NCBI GenBank assembly: GCA_038496445.1
Contig: JALMLS010000282.1
Location: forward strand, 1 to 64,000
Origin: Trichosphaerium sp. ATCC 40318
Lineage: Eukaryota > Protista > Tubulinea
Direction: 5' to 3'
Length of the DNA stretch: 64,000 nt
Shown piece by piece: positions 63,553 to 64,000 of the stretch (its first letter is position 1; every line of letters starts with the position of its first letter). Under the pieces are notes generated by a model. The model was not told where the DNA came from. It ran no database searches and was given only the letters and a program-made list of their open reading frames with translations. The position numbers and the translations under genes are program-made.

Positions 63553-64000
63553 ATGGAAACGCCTGTTATTACGGAAGGGATACAAGAACTCGCCAACAAA
63601 CTCAATGATGCAGTTATCACGCGAATACAAGAGCTTGAGGAGTTAGAGAGGAAGTATCAGAAAATAAACGCAATGTAAGTGTTTTTTAAGTACTTTTTAT
63701 TTGCTTACAACGCACTACCTAGCGTACAAAAATTCAACGAGAATGTATTATTGGATGTTGGTGGTGTTAAATACAGGATTTCGTTAAAAAACCTCCAAAA
63801 GTATCCAGACTCTATGCTAGGAGCTATGTTTAGGTATGTAGGGATACAAGAGATTAAATGGTTAACTGACATCGAGACAGTGGTCGTTTTGGTGTCAAAA
63901 AGCTAGAAGACGGTTCAGTTTTCATTGATAGAGATGGTGAGCTCTTCAATTACGTCCTGAACTACCTTCGCAATGGGACTATTTATTACGACTCAAAAGA
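63553..64000 (+). CDS. KCTD-type BTB/POZ (T1) protein, partial
   Basis: VLLDVGGVKYRISLKNLQKYPDSMLGAMFSGR..VFIDRDGELFNYVLNYLRNG, preceded by a coiled coil. Runs off the window. Confidence 0.9.

Overview
This is AT-rich, gene-dense eukaryotic nuclear DNA with many short spliceosomal introns (donors GTACGT/GTATGT/GTAAGT/GTGCGT, CTAAC-like branch points) and the standard genetic code. The gene content points to an amoeboid protist, probably Amoebozoa, but that is inference. About 25 genes could be spliced by hand. They include several cullin-ligase adaptors (F-box/LRR, F-box/MORN, Kelch-SOCS, BTB), an LRR receptor kinase with the HRDLAARN motif, a C2-arrestin, an RGS protein, divergent Ras-like GTPases, a pseudo-G-alpha, a SAM-FNT channel, RPN12, an RsuA/RluB-family pseudouridine synthase, an HVA22/REEP protein, an S10 carboxypeptidase and a clan GH-A hydrolase. 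Two hAT-type MITEs are present. The main signals are: (1) a probable F-box-Ras fusion whose Ras carries G12S and Q61R equivalents; (2) three inversion-type rearrangements, namely an F-box 5' half between inverted copies of its 3' half, a SAM gene split mid-intron, and an inverted segmental duplication with reciprocal gene loss; (3) about 10-fold enrichment of CACGTG and a sharp mosaic of CpG-poor and CpG-rich blocks; (4) a PTS2-like presequence exon on RPN12. All exon structures and counts are manual and were not checked against RNA data or databases.
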